A DNA stretch of 63,618 nucleotides, filler included, from Globobulimina sp. (Eukaryota): assembly GCA_003354225.1 (NCBI GenBank). It is 24 parts of 24 records of this genome, joined end to end, with 100 filler letters (N's around TTAATTAATTAA, not from the genome) between each part and the next. Parts side by side here need not be neighbours in the genome. Positions count along the whole stretch, not along the records: positions 10,627 to 13,182 come from PIVH01005998.1; positions 13,283 to 15,837 come from PIVH01005999.1; positions 15,938 to 18,492 come from PIVH01006000.1; positions 18,593 to 21,147 come from PIVH01006001.1; positions 21,248 to 23,802 come from PIVH01006002.1; 19 more parts are not named here. One strand, 5' to 3'. The position numbers and the translations under genes are program-made. Below, piece after piece: positions 11,452-21,971 of this stretch. Below the pieces are notes generated by a model. It did no database searches. It was given only the letters and a program-made list of their open reading frames with translations, and was not told the DNA's origin. How positions within the stretch are numbered: position 1 is the first letter of the stretch; every line of letters begins with the position of its first letter.

Positions 11452-12661
11452 ATGTCGTCTTTGCCTGATGATAAAAATTATATATATTTGAACTTGAAAT
11501 TGAAATTGAAAATACCAAAGACAGTGAGCGACATTGAAATTATTGCGTTCAACAAGGTGGTAAATGCAGCACTAAAACACAATGACAAAGAATTTTATTT
11601 ATATAAAACCTTTACCAATTCAGCATTTATTGGTTTATTATTATTATCTGGCTTTCGTAAATCCAATGATTCTGCAGAAACATTTATTTTTGATAATAAA
11701 AAATCAGCCCTTTTACGACATGTTTATAAAGCATTAAATGCTCAAATCGCGGAGAATATCAATGTTCAATCAAATAAGAAAAAAACAGTTCGTCTTAACA
11801 ATCATCATTCTGTTGAAGTGGATGGCGATGGAAAAGAAGATGAAAAATCGACATTTATTGAGGTATAATTTAATTATTATATAAATATTATTTGCTTACA
11901 AATAAAATACATAAATTAAGACAAATCCTGCTCATAATAATAAATCGCCATATGAACAACAAGTATCATCGCAATCAGCTCATGTTCCTGGAACGTATGT
12001 ATATAATAAACGTAATTATAGCAATCCAACAAACGCAGCATCCCAATCAGCCCATGTTCCTGGAACTTATGTGTATAAAACACGTAGTACTGTTCCTCGA
12101 TATACATTTCCAATGTTACCACAGATCAATACTCCTGTTCCATGCCCGATTATTCTATGTCCTCCACCGCATCCTTCTTCTTTCAGAATTTCTAATTTAC
12201 AATCAAATGATCAAAAAGTTGGTAGTGCAGAACCAACACAATATGACATATTTGCAAAGGCGATGAATAACAGCACAATGATAAGATGTGTTATTATATT
12301 ACGGGGTCCGCGGGGTAGCGGAGTAAAACAATTTGCTTTTAAATTAGAAGCAAGAAATCCAAATTCTGTCATTTGTAGCGGTGATGGACGGCAATTTATA
12401 CAATTGGTACATTCAAATAAAAGATTACTTATTTTGGAAAATTATAATCCGCAGATTTCATATCAATCACACATTGCATACGCTGTATTTCATGGACTCA
12501 CATTTAGAATTATTGAGTTTTATGCTGATAAGGAATTGATTGATGAATATCGATCCCGTGGAAACGAAACAATTCCAAGACTTTGCTATGAAATATTTTT
12601 CAAAAAATGGCAACACGATAAAAGGGCTGAAGTAATTAATTATGGATACCAACATTTATAA
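11452..12661 (+). CDS. Protein with a C-terminal degenerate N4BP2-like P-loop kinase domain; exons 11452-11862 and 11921-12661
   Basis: A phase-0 GT-AG intron (11863-11920) joins the two ORFs. VIILRGPRGSGVKQFA...VICSGD...LILENYN resembles AAA_33/N4BP2 kinases. Internal peptide repeat SQSAHVPGTYVY occurs twice. Confidence 0.55.
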
Positions 12662-12981
12662 TAATAATTAAATACCTATTTTTTTTATTTTTTTTTGTTA
12701 CTGCCATATATTGTTTGTTTACAGTATAAAGGGGATACTATTTATAGAATAACGAGTTTCTCAATGACAGGATCATTTTGTATGATCTGTTGTGTTGAAT
12801 GAGTTAATGAGTATTCTGTTTTAGCTCTCTTGTTTTGGCAGTTCCACAAGCGACGATGTAATGTATTTTTTTGTAATAATATATAAATTTCGTGTTATAA
12901 TTTTAAAATTTAATTGAATTTTAGTTCGTATATGAAACGGTTGCATCCAAGAGATGTTGATCTGGATCACAAGATTCAAAT

Positions 12982-13148
12982 TACTTTAGAATAGGACGTG
13001 TTTAGAATACCGCGTGTTTAAACAATTTAAAATCCTATGGAGATTTACATACAGTGCTAGGATAATGTATACAATTTCAAAAGAAATTAGCACTACTTAC
13101 TGACAAAATCGAAAACAAGTTGCATGTGACAGGTCCTATTCTAAAGTA
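12982..13148. mobile_element. Putative 167-bp MITE with 20-bp terminal inverted repeats and TA ends
   Basis: tactttagaataggacgtgt (12982-13001) versus acaggtcctattctaaagta (13129-13148), 19/20 complementary. Subterminal gtgttta repeats. Confidence 0.55.
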
Positions 13149-13509
13149 CCATGGAAAAAATAGTATGTCTTGTTTTAAAATCNNNNNNNNNNNNNNNNNN
13201 NNNNNNNNNNNNNNNNNNNNNNNNNNTTAATTAATTAANNNNNNNNNNNNNNNNNNNNNNNNNNNNNNNNNNNNNNNNNNNNTTTTTATTTATTTCTTTT
13301 TTCTGTTAGTTTGTCTATTTTTTTCTGTAGTTTGTGTCCTTTTTTTCTGTTATTTTTAATTTATATGATTTATTGCTCTTATAATCAAAACAAAAACAAA
13401 AATTAAAAAACGTTTTGGAATCGATGATGATTTGGGTGGACTTTTAAAGTTATTTACTTGAAAGTTTTTCAGTGCGGTCACATGGTGACATGGAGATAAA
13501 TGGTTCCTT

Positions 13510-14481
13510 TTACATGGACTGGAAACAATGGTCCACGATTTCAATAAAACAATAATTTTCATCTCTATGTTTCCGATAATAATTTGCAATTTTGCGAACA
13601 TAATTGGTTGCCAATAATGGAATGTTCATAACAAACTGAATATGTAATTTGTTTTGACAAACTCCGAATGACGTAATAATGCCAACGACATCTTGATTCA
13701 GTTCAAATTCTTTTGACAAGAAATCATTACAAAAACGTTGTACTGTTTTTAATCTTTCCGGGTATATATGGTGTTGGAATTCAATTAGCTTATTAATGAA
13801 TTTTTGGATAGGATCAAAATATATTTCCACTTGAGATTCGTTAAAATCGTCGCAAACATTGTCAGTCCATTCCTGATCTACATACACTGGGATTATTAAC
13901 TTACATGTTTCATTGTGCCAAATATGAAATGATTCGATGAGATGATAATAACACAAATCTAAATATTGCGAAAGATACATAACATCACAGGATGGCAATC
14001 CCAACCAATTCAATTCCGTCAATTGTGACATCATTTTGTTGAATAAAACTGGCAAAACATCGCTTTGTTTGCTTGGCAAACACAAATTGGATAAGTTTAG
14101 TTTTTCAATGTACATTTGTGTAGAAATAAATTCGCATAGAAGTTGAAGAGTACTTTCCTCGCATACAACGTGGTGAGAAACACGGAAATGCAGCAAATGG
14201 TTTTGGTTATACGTCATAAATGTAGCCATTAATTCGTTGAACCAATCAATGTTCGGATTAGGTATGGTAAGAGGTGAATGTATATAAAATTCCTGCAATT
14301 TTGGCGAATGCTGCACGATCTGATACAACTCATAAAGATGTGTCTCAAAGTCGAAAGTTGTCAAATAAAATGATAGCAATGGCTGCTTCCGTGGCAAACA
14401 AAGTGAGTTTAATATATTTTTAATGCATTTATTAATCTCTGCGTGGTATGAATTGTATGCATTCGTTGGCACAAACGACAT
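13510..14481 (-). CDS. Hypothetical protein with RNI/LRR-like leucine pattern
   Basis: 323-aa intronless ORF with LxxLxL strands (IEKLNLSNL, LTELNWLGL). Confidence 0.55.
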   Translation of the reverse strand: MSFVPTNAYNSYHAEINKCIKNILNSLCLPRKQPLLSFYLTTFDFETHLYELYQIVQHSPKLQEFYIHSPLTIPNPNIDWFNELMATFMTYNQNHLLHFRVSHHVVCEESTLQLLCEFISTQMYIEKLNLSNLCLPSKQSDVLPVLFNKMMSQLTELNWLGLPSCDVMYLSQYLDLCYYHLIESFHIWHNETCKLIIPVYVDQEWTDNVCDDFNESQVEIYFDPIQKFINKLIEFQHHIYPERLKTVQRFCNDFLSKEFELNQDVVGIITSFGVCQNKLHIQFVMNIPLLATNYVRKIANYYRKHRDENYCFIEIVDHCFQSM

Positions 14482-14551
14482 GGGACTATGTGTACTGTTG
14501 TAATCACTGCATTTTATATGTATTACATTTAACGTTGGGTGATATTACATT

Positions 14552-15064
14552 TTACAGGAAATTGCATAAAATGTTGGATGTTTCGCTGTGAACGATAAAG
14601 TCCATGATGTGGTAGGATAATTTGAAAGTAATCGAGCTTAATTTGGGAAACGTTTCAATTTTGTATATATTCATCCATGCCGTAAATAATTTGTTCAAAA
14701 ACGTAGAATGTCGCAGCCATAAATTATCAGTGATTCCGAGGAATTGCAATGAGAAATCTGTGATGTTGAAGCATAACGGAATAATATCTACTAATAAACT
14801 AATTAATTGTTTCTGACATCGAATATCGTTGATATGCAGCAGCAATCTCAGGTTTATTTCGATTTTTAATGTGTTGAGTGATGTGCGGGAATTGGTAATA
14901 ATATCTCCAAAGGAGACTAAATTTTGATAAGTGATTGTTATTGGATCTAATGATAAGAATCGGAGATTGTTGAATTTAGCAGCTTTAATGTAGTCAGGAT
15001 TTGATATTTCATGATTGAATGTAACCTGATTGATGGCAGATGTTCCCAGTCGTAATTGATTCAT
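14552..15064 (-). CDS. Shorter or truncated tandem paralog of the LRR-like protein
   Basis: FKLSYHIMDFIVHSETSNILCNFL aligns with FRVSHHVVCEESTLQLLCEFI in the neighbouring ORF. Confidence 0.4.
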   Translation of the reverse strand: MNQLRLGTSAINQVTFNHEISNPDYIKAAKFNNLRFLSLDPITITYQNLVSFGDIITNSRTSLNTLKIEINLRLLLHINDIRCQKQLISLLVDIIPLCFNITDFSLQFLGITDNLWLRHSTFLNKLFTAWMNIYKIETFPKLSSITFKLSYHIMDFIVHSETSNILCNFL

Positions 15065-15937
15065 TTTAATTTTATTAATGGCAACAAGATAACATCAAGA
15101 TATTAATAATTATAAAAACCATAATCGGAATATTATAAAAATCATGAAGTCAATATCACGTTTAAAGGGTTTCATAAAAAAATCCATATGTCCATTTTCC
15201 TAAAAACCAATACCATATTTAGATCTCCTGTGTATTAAACCACTGCATCAAGCAAATTGTGCCCTAAAAGTGACGACAGCATGGTTGAAATAGACAAAAA
15301 TCTCCGAAGCTCGGCGTTCTAGGATTTCCAGTCGATTGGTAACTGTACCACCTAAAAAATAAGTGGATATGATATAGAAATATATTCTTCATATTGTCAT
15401 TATTAAATTTCTTGAAATTTCTTTTTTCGATCCCAAATTAAAAGTATGTGGATTGCTGTCACTGTTTTCCCATCCAACTAGTATCATCATCACGGTCGTG
15501 ACTATCATCATTATTAAAACCAATTTTATTTGACACATAGTCCGATAACAATTCCTCATTCAAAAAACACTTTTTATCAATACTAGCACAGTGTACGTTT
15601 GATACTCCAATGTTGTGCGACTTATTCAATGCCTCCATATCATTCAAACTTGTCCGCAATGTTATTGTGCTTAAATATATCGTCACAAATTGCAACTTAA
15701 TATCATCATTTCTAACATTATGATACATTTTGGTGACAATTGATTTCGTAAATAAATGCAAAGCATAAGATGTGCCAACACCAAAAAGCCCCAATGGAAT
15801 TCCTAGAAAACATTTTCCAATGATTGGCATGGACTCTNNNNNNNNNNNNNNNNNNNNNNNNNNNNNNNNNNNNNNNNNNNNTTAATTAATTAANNNNNNN
15901 NNNNNNNNNNNNNNNNNNNNNNNNNNNNNNNNNNNNN

Positions 15938-16700
15938 GTCAACCCAGTTGGCGTGTGGCGTCTGGCGCGTGGCGTCTGCCGTGGCGTGTTTTGTTTATAT
16001 GTCAACCCAGTTGGCGTGTGGCGTCTGGCGTGTGAATTATAATAGTCAGTTTGTTTTTATGTCAACCCAGTTGGCGTGTGGCGTCTGGCGCGTGGCGTCT
16101 GGCGTGTGCCGTGGCGTGTTTTGTTTATATGTCAACCCAGTTGGCGTGTGGCGTCTGGCGCGTGGCGTCTGGCGTGTGCCGTGGCGTGTGGCGTGTTTCG
16201 TTTTCAGATGTTGCGTTTTCAGATGAATTATATGTTAAAAGATTAAAAAAACAATAAAAAACATCAAGCGTGTGGCGTGTGGCATTTGGCGTGTTGCGTT
16301 TTCAGATGATTTATATGTTAAAAGATTAAAAAAAGAATTATAAAGTGCGCGTGTGGCGTGTGGCATTAGGCGTGTTGCGTGTTCAGATGAATTATTTGTT
16401 AAAACATTAAAAAAAGAATAAAAAAACTTAAATTTAAAAAAATAAAAAAATTCTGTTTTAAACCGCGTGCCCAGTTGCGTCGCGTTGAGTCTTCGTTGCA
16501 TTTGGTTTTATTAATTATAATGTATAAAGTGCGTGTGTGGCGTGTTGCGTTTTCAGATGATTTATATGTTAAAAGATTAAAAAAAGAATTATAAAGTGCG
16601 TGTGTGGCGTGTGGCGTTTGCCGTGTTGCGTTTTCAGATGATTTATATGTTAAAAGATTAAAAAAAGAATAAAAAAACTTAAATTTAAAAAAATAAAAAA
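15938..16700. repeat. Compound minisatellite built from a TGGCGT(G/C) heptamer, with about 60-80-bp higher-order units
   Basis: gtcaacccagttggcgtgtggcgtctggcg x4 (15938-16200), then several gttgcgttttcagatga...gttaaaagattaaaaaaa units (16190-16700). Confidence 0.95.
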
Positions 16701-17062
16701 ATTCTTCCCATAACGGGAATCGAACCCACGGCCGTCGGCTTCGTAGGCGGACGCCTTAGCCACTCTGCTACTCGGTAAAACAGAAGTTCCAGCGACAAAC
16801 GGGGCCCTAGTCACAAAAGCGACAAACGGGGCCATACAAAAGTTTATGTGGGGGGGGGGATATTTATTATTTAAACCAAAATAATTATTAAATATTTCAT
16901 CGATCAATCAAATAAAAAACGAATTACTTACACAGACGAAAGTGTTTTCCCATTTCTTCTTTCTTCAAATTTTAATTTTATTTTTTTTCTACTTAAAAAA
17001 TTAATAAAACCAAACGCAGCGTCGACTTGGCTCGACGCAACGGGGCACGGGATTTAAAACAG
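16453..17062. mobile_element. MITE-like segment bounded by 64-bp imperfect inverted repeats
   Basis: 16453-16516 versus the reverse complement of 16999-17062: 53/64 identical. Confidence 0.55.
16705..16777 (-). pseudogene. tRNA-derived sequence (SINE head or pseudo-tRNA, ACG at the anticodon position)
   Basis: A-box TAGCAGAGTGG and B-box GGTTCGATTCC with 73-nt cloverleaf spacing. The acceptor stem pairs poorly and the anticodon stem has a C-C mismatch. Confidence 0.7.
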
Positions 17063-17399
17063 CGCACAGAGGATACGGTATGTGGTATACGGTAAAAAAT
17101 CAAAAACATGAAATTTTAGAGTTTCAGAACCAACACTTTCTCAATAAGTACACCCAAAATAGTAGTTACTGTCTAACGATGTATTTTATATTGTTTATAT
17201 GTCAACATTTCAAAAGAGCTGATTGGATATTCGAAAACAAAAGGTTGGCGCCATTTAAACCGGTACCGGCGTTGCGTCCCGTTGCCCATCGTCGTGTCTT
17301 TTCGTCGCTGCGTAACTCAGCAAAAAGGCGTCTGAAAGCAAACAAACGACAAAAGTCTTTACAAACTGGCGCGACTGACGTCTATTTTTTTAATTAATT

Positions 17400-17564
17400 A
17401 ATTAGCGACGCAGAAGCGGAATCGCGCGGAAAACGCGCCTAAGACCTTGCGACGGAGCTCGCGAACGTTTCGAGACAAAAATCGGCTCGATCGGCCCAGA
17501 AACCGAGGCGCCTATAGAATCAGACAAGCAAGCTCGCAAACACGTCAGCTATTTGTATATAGAT
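17400..17564 (+). repeat. Possible 3' end of a non-autonomous Helitron-like repeat
   Basis: GC-rich segment with aaaaatcggctcg...cagaca... ending ctatttgtatatagat, an end pattern I associate with invertebrate Helitron-derived repeats. Confidence 0.3.
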
Positions 17565-17779
17565 GAAATCGAGTCAACTTTGCTGAAAGTTAAAATGGAG
17601 AACAACCGGGGTAATGGCCATTTTGGGGGTATTGTTTAAGTTATTTATTGTTTATTGATAAAATATTAGTTCATTAGTTTCCTCAGTTTATCGTTAAATG
17701 GAGGTTAAAAATTTTATCCAACTAGAAATGACCATTTTATGCGGGAATTTCGAAAATTCGTCTATTTGCCCCTTCGATC

Positions 17780-18116
17780 ATACCTTTTGAACTGATCTGA
17801 GTTGAAAACTAAAAATTTACGGCAAAAAAATTATTTAAACAATGATTGTTGAAAATGTTTTTCAGTTCGGTAGCTCTAATAGAAGCAAAGTTATTAGCTC
17901 TCAAAATCGACCGAAACTATGAATGAAACACCCAAAATCGTTAAATTTACGCGTTCTATCATAACTTTTAATCGAATAAGAGTTGAAAGCTAAAAATTTA
18001 GGAGAAAAAAATTATTTCTACAATGATTGTTGTAGAAAAATTTCAGTTTGCTAGCTCTAATAGAAGCAAAGTTATTAACTTTCAAAATCGACCGAAACTT
18101 AATGAAACACCCTGTA
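17780..18116. mobile_element. Tc1/mariner-type MITE end with an internal duplication of about 150 bp
   Basis: About 17780-17933 is duplicated at about 17980-18112. The segment ends gaaacaccctg+TA (reverse complement TA-CAGGGTGTTTC), a mariner-like TIR end. Confidence 0.55.
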
Positions 18117-18210
18117 TAAGTATAATACCACATATACACTTTAACATTATAAAGAATTGGCCTGACGACGCAGTAGTGACATAAATATTAGATAAGTAGC
18201 ATTTTTGCAC

Positions 18211-18492
18211 CAATTTTCTTACGTTCTCCTTTCTATTTAACAGATAATTCCTTAGATTCCCATTAGAACAATACTCCATTAAAAGCATGTATGGTTCACT
18301 GTTGGTGATGCATCCCATCAAATTGACCAAATAAGGGGAATGTCCACGATGTTTCATATTGTCGATTTCATGGAGAAACTCTGAATTGGCTTGTACTCCA
18401 TGTGCGTGCATTGGCAAAATTTTTACTGCCACATAACAATCATGACAGTTTCTAACAGCTAACAATTGTTTGTATACAGCACAGATTGGTGG
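18211..18492 (-). CDS. Exon of a receptor tyrosine kinase (subdomains II-V), nematode-like
   Basis: YVAVKILP...EFLHEIDNMK...YLVNLMGCIT...EPYMLLMEYCSNGNLRNYL, followed by a candidate GT donor. Confidence 0.85.
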
Positions 18493-18594
18493 NNNNNNNN
18501 NNNNNNNNNNNNNNNNNNNNNNNNNNNNNNNNNNNNTTAATTAATTAANNNNNNNNNNNNNNNNNNNNNNNNNNNNNNNNNNNNNNNNNNNNGC

Positions 18595-18945
18595 AATGAT
18601 ATACATATTTTATCAAATTTAATAAAAGATTTTTATCATTCAATTCCCAAACAATTTAAAGCATTACAAAAGATAAATTTTACTCAAACAATCACAGAAC
18701 ACAATGTTGAACAATTTTGTATTAACAACAAGAATAATGTAATCATTTGGTTATTTAATTTATGCGCTGATATTAGTAATTATCAATCGCAAAATACAAT
18801 GTCTATCCATTCATTATCTATTGTGTTTGCTCCAAATCTATATTTTCAATCTGATCCCATGGAATTTATCAAAATTCAACAAAATATCTCAAAATTTATA
18901 CAAATCGCTATACAATATGTTCAAAATAAGAAAACATTGCAGTAA
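18595..18945 (+). CDS. RhoGAP domain protein, C-terminal part (not in the ORF track)
   Basis: Manual translation: DIHILSNLIKDFYHSIP...NTMSIHSLSIVFAPNLY...TAA. Confidence 0.85.
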   Translation, partial: NDIHILSNLIKDFYHSIPKQFKALQKINFTQTITEHNVEQFCINNKNNVIIWLFNLCADISNYQSQNTMSIHSLSIVFAPNLYFQSDPMEFIKIQQNISKFIQIAIQYVQNKKTLQ

Positions 18946-19085
18946 ACTCCTTTCTCTCTCTGTTCTTTTATGCGTTGCGTTTTTATCTCTGCTACTTTTT
19001 TGTTGACTTGATTAAATTAAATGATATCCTCGCTATTCTAGAAATAATAATGCTGAACAACTAGGTTTTATTTACTAACCATCAG

Positions 19086-21133
19086 ATGGCCAACGCAATC
19101 AAAATGGAAAATGATAAAGAAATTAAAATGGAAAATAAAAACAATGACAATAATCAAGTAATGACTATTTATAATGTTGTAAAGTTAAAAACGGAAAATA
19201 ATGGAAACATTGAAAATAAAGTGGATGATACAGTGCCTATGGCTATCAGTGCAACCTGGAAAATCAAAGGATTTCCTCAATTTTATAAATCAGGACATGT
19301 AACAAACATTATGATACTATTAAATCTCGATGTTGTTGATGTTTTTAAAAAGACCCCGAATTTGACAGCTTATGTACGATTCAAAAGTGTCGAGGAAAAA
19401 TTAAGAGCAGAATCTATCATCAATGGATATACTGGGAAAAAAATAAAAAAATTGCATTGCATTGAACATCCAGATAGAAAACAATACGAAGTTAAATTAT
19501 TATTTTTCAAATGTCATCAAACAAAACATTACAACAACAAAAAAACAAACAGAATGACTTAGCAAAGGCACTGAAAAGAGCCAAAAAACGACAATTGCAA
19601 AAAAATGATGATTCATCACAGAAACGAAAACCAACGGAACGCGAACAACCTCCTCAACCAACCTCCATACATCAAGTTGTAACACCATTATATGAGAAAA
19701 GTTATGAAGATCAGTTAACCATTAAACGACAAAAAATATGCAAAGACATGGGTAGGTTTCGCCGAAAGATGACAAATCCACGTTTCATGAACCAAGATTT
19801 TTTAACGTGGCTTCCATCAGTTAGAGGCGCAAAAAATTTAAAAAATTTATGTCCGGTTTTAGGCATAATCCCCAGTCCCATAACAAAAGCATATCGAAAT
19901 AAGGTGTCATTGACCATAGGATACAATAAAAAAAGTAATAACTTAAGTATTGGTTTTCAACTCGGCAGATTTGAGCATGGCGCTGCGTCGATAGAGAGCT
20001 GTCAAGACTGTTTGCACATTGATTCAATCTCAAAACGTATAGCAACCTGCACACAGAATTTTGTTCGAGCACAATTGGACCAATATAAATATGATTGTTT
20101 TAACAAAACTGATCACAACGGAGTTTGGCGAAAATTAGATGTTCGAATTTCATCGCGGACAAAACAATTCGTGGTAACATTACAAGTACAAAACCGGCAA
20201 TTAACACAAGAACAATATGATGTGTTGAAAAACGATTTTGTTGTTTGTATTTGCAATGAAGCAAAGTTAATAAAAACACAATGTGATTACTCATTGAATG
20301 GCATCTCTGTCTTGATAAATAATACTGTGTCGACAGCGAATAATAATGAATGCCCAATTCATGTATTATACGGTGATAACTTTCATTATGAAATAATTTG
20401 TGGGTTGAAATTTCGAATTTCGGCCACTTCATTTTTTCAAATTAATACAGAGTCTGCGGAGCGGCTATATGCGACCACGGCGCAATGGGCAGTGCAGTCT
20501 GTGCGACCGAGACGGAATGTGGTTGTGATTGATATCTGTTGCGGTACGGGTACCATTGGATTGTGTATAGCTAAATTGTGTGGCGAGAATGTGAAGAAAG
20601 TGATTGGATTGGAATTGATTGAAGCCGCTGTGCGTGATGCAAGGTTTAATGCGGAATTAAATAACTTTGAAAATGCTACTTTTATCGCAGGGAAAGCAGA
20701 GGATACTTTACAAAAAGCGTTGGACGAAGAAGTGGAGTGTGATGATTATGTGGTAGCTATATTGGATCCGCCGAGATGCGGCGTCCACAAAGATATTTGT
20801 CAATTGTTGAGGATGAAAAGCAGGATACAAAGAATTATTTATGTGTCATGTAATTCAGCTTCGTGTATTAATGATGCGCACCGATTATGCCAAACCCCAT
20901 CAAAAAAAACTGTGGGCACTCCATTCAAACCAATTAAAGCCATTGGTGTGGACTTATTTCCTCATACGGAGCATGTTGAGATGGTTATGTTGTTAGAGAG
21001 ATGTAATGAAAGTGATATTGATTGGACAAAATTATCCCTTCAAGGAAAGGAGTCACATAGAAAGTATTTATATGCTGAAACACAGAAAGATAAAATGAAA
21101 ATGGAGAATTCGAAGAATGCCACTGATGTTTAG
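19086..21133 (+). CDS. TRMT2A: tRNA (uracil-5-)-methyltransferase TRMT2A/Trm2; exons 19086-19490 and 19553-21133
   Basis: N-terminal RRM-like region, VVTPLYEKSYEDQL, YRNK, SFFQIN, DICCGTGTIG, LDPPRCG, YVSCN, DLFPHTEHVE. A phase-0 GT-AG intron (19491-19552) joins the two ORFs. Confidence 0.93.
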
Positions 21134-21307
21134 TGACAGGGTTTTTTNNNNNNNNNNNNNNNNNNNNNNNNNNNNNNNNNNNNNNNNNNNNTTAATTAAT
21201 TAANNNNNNNNNNNNNNNNNNNNNNNNNNNNNNNNNNNNNNNNNNNNGGTGCCATGCTGACAGTGTTTATATTTAAAGAAGATTTTAAAAACATTGTGAT
21301 TGCTATC

Positions 21308-21864
21308 ATGGCAGAATGGAAATGTGTTAATATCGATCATGTGCCGTTCTGTGAAAAATGTCATTCTATTTTAGAGCCGCCAGATAAGCAAAATTTGCTG
21401 AGATGTACGTATTGCGATTATTCTATCGAATCGAAATTGAGGGAACGGAAATCTGTGCGCAACTTTGATACGTCAGTTAATTTATTCATTGTTCTATTAT
21501 CAAAAATTGATTGTAAATTGGATAATGTTTAATTATGCACAGTGAATTGAAGAAAACAATGAATAAACAAATACAAAAACAGTTGTTAACCATAAATGAG
21601 AATGGCAACAATAGAAATAATAAGGATGAGGATACGGATAATGATGAATGGATGTATGAGTTGGAAAGTGATAAGGTGCTGAGAGAGAAATTACAAAAAC
21701 AAATCATGGGTTCTGGAGGAAAAAAAATGATCAAACAGGAGTGCTTACAATGCGGAGCAAAAGAACAAGCGTACGAAGCGAGACAATTGCGGTCTGTCGA
21801 CGAAGGACAAACTATTTTCTATGAGTGCTTGCAATGCGGTCATAAGAGCGTCTTGCATTCGTAA
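21308..21864 (+). CDS. RPA12: RNA polymerase I subunit RPA12; exons 21308-21471 and 21543-21864
   Basis: N-terminal Zn ribbon FCEKCHSIL...CTYC and C-terminal TFIIS-like ribbon CLQCG...QLRSVDEGQTIFYECLQC. GTCAGT...CAG intron at 21472-21542. Confidence 0.88.
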
Positions 21865-21971
21865 TGTAAAAATAACAAATAATTCACAACAAAAAGTGTA
21901 AATATTAGCTAAGTTTAGGGAAAACTCTGTAATTTTATCGCGACGCGTCCTAAACAAGAGAACATCAACAA

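Noticed and set aside
15938-16700. Possible CRISPR array
   Set aside because: The sequences between repeats are themselves repetitive heptamers, unit length varies, there are no cas genes, and the context is eukaryotic.
16705-16777. Functional tRNA-Arg(ACG)
   Set aside because: The acceptor stem is largely unpaired, the anticodon stem has a mismatch, and it is embedded in repeats.
19086-19562. Programmed frameshift between the two TRMT2A ORFs
   Set aside because: A 62-nt GT-AG intron (19491-19552) joins them in frame.
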